A program made the position numbers and the translations under genes. A stretch of 64,000 nt of DNA, taken from assembly GCA_963701855.1 (NCBI GenBank), contig CAVPBK010000006.1, positions 1,216,001-1,280,000 on the forward strand, given 5' to 3'. Below the pieces are notes generated by a model. The model ran no database searches, was not told the origin of the DNA, and was given only the letters and a program-made list of their open reading frames with translations. The stretch comes from Nitrospirota bacterium (GTDB lineage: Bacteria; Nitrospirota; Nitrospiria; Nitrospirales; Nitrospiraceae). Positions 60,156 to 64,000 of the stretch are shown one piece after another (position 1 is the stretch's first letter; each line of letters begins with the position of its first letter).

Positions 60156-60617
60156 CTATTCGACTACAATTAGGGCCTGCATGTTGTGACCTGGCATGTC
60201 GCACAGGTAAGAGAAGGTTCCGGTATGTGCCGGTATGAATTGAAGCTCAACCAGGCCCTCAGCGGGGATGATCACCCGCTTGAGTCCGTCTGGACCGAAC
60301 TCCGGGGCTCCGTTGCCCCCCACGTTGAGGTCGGTGCCGAAGAAGAGCTTCGTGGCGACCACGGTATGGAGTTCCGTGTCGTAGCTGCGGAACCGTAGCA
60401 TGGTCTTGCGGTCATGATGCAAGTGGACCTGCTGTGGGATGAACATCCGCGAGCGGATCTCCACGGTGATCGACTCCACCTCGGCCTCGGCTGGGAGTGC
60501 GCGAGGAGTCTGTTCAACATTGCCGTTTGTGAAAGTAGAAAGACCAATGTCGGATAGGCTTCTTGCGGGAGCTGTGAGTAGTAGGGCCAGACATATGAAC
60601 CCGATCGTCCTTTTCAC
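60156..60617 (-). CDS. Exported cupredoxin-domain protein
   Basis: ELHTVV and YLCDMPGHNM type-1 Cu ligands; GTGA overlap with the anti-sigma gene. Confidence 0.82.
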   Translation of the reverse strand: MKRTIGFICLALLLTAPARSLSDIGLSTFTNGNVEQTPRALPAEAEVESITVEIRSRMFIPQQVHLHHDRKTMLRFRSYDTELHTVVATKLFFGTDLNVGGNGAPEFGPDGLKRVIIPAEGLVELQFIPAHTGTFSYLCDMPGHNMQALIVVE

Positions 60618-60919
60618 CGTGCATTGGCCCCATCGAGAATCGCGCGGCGCATGTTCGCCCGGTCGGCCGAGTTCAACGGTGGGGCAGGATGATGTTGGCA
60701 GAGCGTCACTGTGTGCTGGAGGGAGGCAATGAAGACTTCGCAATTCTGGCAGGCTCCCAGATGTTGGCGTATCTCCCGGCAAATGTCGGAGGGGAGTTCA
60801 TCGTCGATATAGGCCGACAACTGCCGGAGCAGATCCACGCAATGGCCTTGGCCATGGGTATGGTGGTGGGACGCCGGCCTGGACCGTTTTTTTGGCGCTG
60901 CCGTCTTTTTCTTGGTCAT
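60614..60919 (-). CDS. zf-HC2 anti-sigma factor with His-rich N-terminus
   Basis: LSAYIDDEL, HLGACQNC (HxxxCxxC), SHHHTHGQGHC. Confidence 0.88.
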   Translation of the reverse strand: MTKKKTAAPKKRSRPASHHHTHGQGHCVDLLRQLSAYIDDELPSDICREIRQHLGACQNCEVFIASLQHTVTLCQHHPAPPLNSADRANMRRAILDGANAR

Positions 60920-61536
60920 GAGCGCAAGCCTCCAGACTTGTGGTCATCGTGGTGGGTGATGCCGCGGGCGCTGAGTTCTCGCCGCACAAACAAGCGTGCT
61001 CGGTGCAGTCGCGATTTTACGGCTCGTTCATTCAAGCCCATGATGGTCCCCACTTCTTTGGCACTCAACCCTTCCATATCGCGGAGCACTAGAGCCATCC
61101 GATACTTTTGAGGTAGTTTCTCGATCGCCTGGTCGAGGGCCTGCCTGAGCTCTTTGTTCTGCAGTGCCTCTTCGGGACTGAGCCCGTCCATCGGGATCTG
61201 GAGGCGAAATTCTCCCTCGGAGGTGGGCACGAACTCCTCGATCGACAACTCGTGTTCTGGTTGCCCTTTGCGCTTGCGCCGCATCCGTATGCAGGCCCGT
61301 GAGGCGATGGTGTACAGCCAGGTGGAGATCCGTGCCTCGCCTCGAAAGTCTTTGAGTCCCTGGTAGGCATTAAGAAAGGTTTCTTGAACGAGATCCTTCG
61401 CCGACTCCGTTTCGCCGCACAGGCGATAGGCGTACCGATAAATCAGATCGACATGGTCTCGGTACAGCCTATCAAACTTATCAGGCTCTTGCATGGCTGG
61501 GCGTTGGGGAGGCGTTTGGGAAATATTGGCGCACAT
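60916..61536 (-). CDS. ECF RNA polymerase sigma factor
   Basis: DLVQETFL, STWLYTIA, LRDMEGLS, VKSRLHRAR; true start may be 61494. Confidence 0.93.
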   Translation of the reverse strand: MCANISQTPPQRPAMQEPDKFDRLYRDHVDLIYRYAYRLCGETESAKDLVQETFLNAYQGLKDFRGEARISTWLYTIASRACIRMRRKRKGQPEHELSIEEFVPTSEGEFRLQIPMDGLSPEEALQNKELRQALDQAIEKLPQKYRMALVLRDMEGLSAKEVGTIMGLNERAVKSRLHRARLFVRRELSARGITHHDDHKSGGLRS

Positions 61537-61582
61537 GATTGGGGCGGAGTCTAGGGGGTCGGCTGAGGCCTGTCAAGCAAAC

Positions 61583-61726
61583 CTAGCAGGATGCTGAAAA
61601 AGTCCGTCAGCGTCGTTCTCGCATCGCTCAGAGGCTCAACGTACCGAAGCGTACGCCTCGCCTCTTCGCTCGCTGCGGCCTTGCTGAACGGCCATTTTGA
61701 GCATCCTGCTCGAGCAGGGCCGCTAG
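61583..61726 (+). mobile_element. MITE-like element, family A (short form)
   Basis: CTAGCAGGATGCTGAAAAAG ... TTTTGAGCATCCTGCT. Confidence 0.75.
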
Positions 61727-61738
61727 TATGGGTGTCGG

Positions 61739-62641
61739 TTAGGGGGTTGGTGAGGCACTGCGCCGGGGAGTTAGCGTCTCTGTGGTTGGAACGGTGACGG
61801 TCACATGCTCATGGTCGATATACAATGTCAACGGTTGTCCCACCTTCACACGAGGGACCCCGATTTTCGAGTTGAGCATGACTAGGCCGATGGGTGTGCG
61901 GACAAAGACGAAGTTGGATTTGAGCTTGGCCACGGTTCCCGAAAGGAGGATCTGCACATCGGCGCCGACCGGCGGGGCCTGATTGACTTGGATGTCGAAC
62001 TGTAAATCATGCACTCCACTGATGGTATTCGTTTCATCAACTTCGACGGTCAGAGGATCTCCCTCATGATAGCCGGTGAGGCGTTCTTCCTGTGTGCCGA
62101 CATGGACAGCCTGGTCACCGTCAGGCCCCCACCAGCGTAACGTTCTTGGCGCATCGGTCCCGGACGTCATAGGCCCGCTGAGGTAGCGATGGACTAGGGA
62201 TCCATCGGCCCTCTTTCGGATTTCGACGACGGAATGGCGCTCATGCACCCAAAAACGTACTTCCTGCGAGGCTTTGAGATCCTTCAACGTTGTTTTGGAA
62301 GTGAGAGTCAGCAGTCCGATCGGGGTCTTGAGAAAAACGATCCCAGCCTTGGTTCGCCATACAGATCCCCGTAACTGTATGAAGGGATCAATCGTGACTG
62401 GGTCACCGGCGGCAGGAATGGGACCAGGGGTGTTGGTGGATTGGGGTGAGAGTGTTTCTGTGAGCGCAGATGGCTCCTCGGCGCATACTGATCCCAGGAA
62501 GCTGAGGATGATTGCCCCGGCACAAAGAACTTCAATCGCACCCCGCTGCAGCTTGCGAAACAATGAATCGCGCATCCCGAAGGCCTGCGGGTTGTCATGA
62601 GCCGCAGGGGGATATGTCTTTGTATTGGTGGAATAACACAT
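61739..62641 (-). CDS. Exported beta-rich hypothetical protein with an internal duplication
   Basis: VFLKTPIGLL and VFVRTPIGLV repeated units; start uncertain. Confidence 0.7.
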   Translation of the reverse strand: MCYSTNTKTYPPAAHDNPQAFGMRDSLFRKLQRGAIEVLCAGAIILSFLGSVCAEEPSALTETLSPQSTNTPGPIPAAGDPVTIDPFIQLRGSVWRTKAGIVFLKTPIGLLTLTSKTTLKDLKASQEVRFWVHERHSVVEIRKRADGSLVHRYLSGPMTSGTDAPRTLRWWGPDGDQAVHVGTQEERLTGYHEGDPLTVEVDETNTISGVHDLQFDIQVNQAPPVGADVQILLSGTVAKLKSNFVFVRTPIGLVMLNSKIGVPRVKVGQPLTLYIDHEHVTVTVPTTETLTPRRSASPTP

Positions 62642-62719
62642 TAGCCTGTGCGAATAACATGATGCTTTCGAGGAGTCAAGACGAAAGCCGCCTGAGCAGT
62701 GACGTGGAGAATGATGTCC

Positions 62720-63289
62720 CTACGAGATCGAGCTATTGCTGGTGCCCGGTACATCAGACGGCGGGTGGTGGCGCTGCGAATCTGTGGATGTGCAAGGAGT
62801 GGAGTGCAGTGGGTCGAGGGTCAGGATAATCCGGATCTCGCGGTCAGATGAATTTGTCACCCCAAACCCTGTGAGCAGGAGGGATGGTGTGACCATATGG
62901 CAGATGCGGCGCATTTCGAATTGTGCCCAGTCCTGCGCCTCGATTCGCCGTCGGAGCTGTGCCAGCACGTCGTAACAGAATTCCGTGAGGATGGACGGCA
63001 TGGATTCGGGCGCCATCTGCGGCCAGCGCTCATGGGATGTACCGAACAACGCCATCAGCGCCCGGGCCGGTCCATTCATGTGCAAGATGCGAGCGGATGA
63101 GGAAAATACGATCATGCCAGAGTCGGGGGAAGAGAGGAGTGGCTGTGGCATCGCACATGTTCCATGCGTAGCCGTCTCCGTTGTTGTGGAGGCAGTATTC
63201 TGCAAGGAGTTGGTTTGGTTTTGTGGAGATGGTTGCGGCACGCGTGTCCTTATCAGGGAAATGGTCTTCGGACTGTGCAAGAGTTGCAC
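62720..63289 (-). CDS. Hypothetical protein with PAS-like N-terminus
   Basis: GMIVFSSSARILHMNGPA; true start probably downstream of 63289. Confidence 0.6.
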   Translation of the reverse strand: MQLLHSPKTISLIRTRVPQPSPQNQTNSLQNTASTTTETATHGTCAMPQPLLSSPDSGMIVFSSSARILHMNGPARALMALFGTSHERWPQMAPESMPSILTEFCYDVLAQLRRRIEAQDWAQFEMRRICHMVTPSLLLTGFGVTNSSDREIRIILTLDPLHSTPCTSTDSQRHHPPSDVPGTSNSSIS

Positions 63290-63400
63290 CGAAGGGACAG
63301 GCGTAGGAAACGCGATTATCCTACGAATACCGACTACAACGTGACGCGTTGAACCAGGTTGTGTACAAAGACGGTGTCGGAGTGGCAGAAGTTGAACCAG

Positions 63401-64000
63401 TTATTTCTTGCGAACCAGCATACGGATCGGAGTTCCCTCGAATCCATATTCCTCGCGGAGTTGGTTTTCGAGAAAGCGGAGGTAGGCGGGTGTGATATTG
63501 TCCGGGTGGCCGACAAACAAGGCAAAGACCGGCGGTTGTGTCGCGACCTGGGTCATGAAGGCAGATTTGGTGATCTTCGTCGGTTTGCCCTTGCGCACAG
63601 GCAAGGGATGGGTGGCGAGGATCTCCTGGAGGAACTTGTTCAACGCTCCGGTCGGGATCCGCTTTGAAAAAGCCGCGAATACCCTGTCAATGGTGGGAAA
63701 GAGCTGGCCAAGCGAATCGGGATGGGCCGCGGATGCGAAGAGGACCGGCGCCCAGGTCAGAAAGGGAAAGCGCCGCCGAAGTTCCAGTTCGACCTCCTGG
63801 CGAGCTTGGCTATCGCCTTCCCGAAGGTCCCATTTATTCACCAGCAGGAAGCAGGCCCGCCCTTGCTTGATGATGATCCCGGCAATCTTGGTGTCCTGCT
63901 CGGTCACGCCTTCTATGGAATCGAGTAACAAGATCCCGAGGTCGGACCGGCCGATGGCCAAGTGTGATCGGACCACGCTATAGCCCTCGATCCCCCGGTC
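63401..64000 (-). CDS. der: Ribosome biogenesis GTPase Der, C-terminal part
   Basis: VTEQDTKIAG, VNKWD, TQVATQPP, YLRFLENQLREEYGFEGTPI. Confidence 0.95.
   Translation of the reverse strand, partial: DRGIEGYSVVRSHLAIGRSDLGILLLDSIEGVTEQDTKIAGIIIKQGRACFLLVNKWDLREGDSQARQEVELELRRRFPFLTWAPVLFASAAHPDSLGQLFPTIDRVFAAFSKRIPTGALNKFLQEILATHPLPVRKGKPTKITKSAFMTQVATQPPVFALFVGHPDNITPAYLRFLENQLREEYGFEGTPIRMLVRKK

Overview
Chromosomal segment of a GC-rich bacterium, most likely Nitrospira (inferred from gene content, protein style and intergenic repeat families; not database-confirmed). Housekeeping backbone: mtgA (partial), yihA/engB, two PpiC/SurA foldases, mfd, rfaE2, dinB, a SprT protease, a deoxyhypusine-synthase-like gene, gmhA, SPFH/NfeD, hemL, a histidine-phosphatase/PfkA fusion next to pyk, a HAD phosphatase, an M16 peptidase pair, a site-2 protease, kdpFABC plus kdpDE, an M20 peptidase, aat, an ECF sigma/anti-sigma/cupredoxin operon and der (partial). 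Accessory content: (i) ~13.7-23.5 kb, with decayed integron cassettes (attC sites, no integrase in the window) and a XamI-like R-M operon whose endonuclease is truncated and followed by a translationally coupled DUF262 + HEPN pair; (ii) ~53.7-57.9 kb, with an orphan AbrB antitoxin, a tRNA 3'-end fragment, an attC-bounded ART-like gene and a Sel1 gene. Other candidates for new biology: a stand-alone CARF-HEPN protein with degenerate catalytic motifs and no CRISPR context, and a SprT protease ending in a beta-clamp-type motif upstream of dinB and mfd. Two MITE-like families are scattered across the window. Several single-base frameshifts in conserved genes suggest residual assembly error. No rRNA, intact tRNA or CRISPR array was seen.
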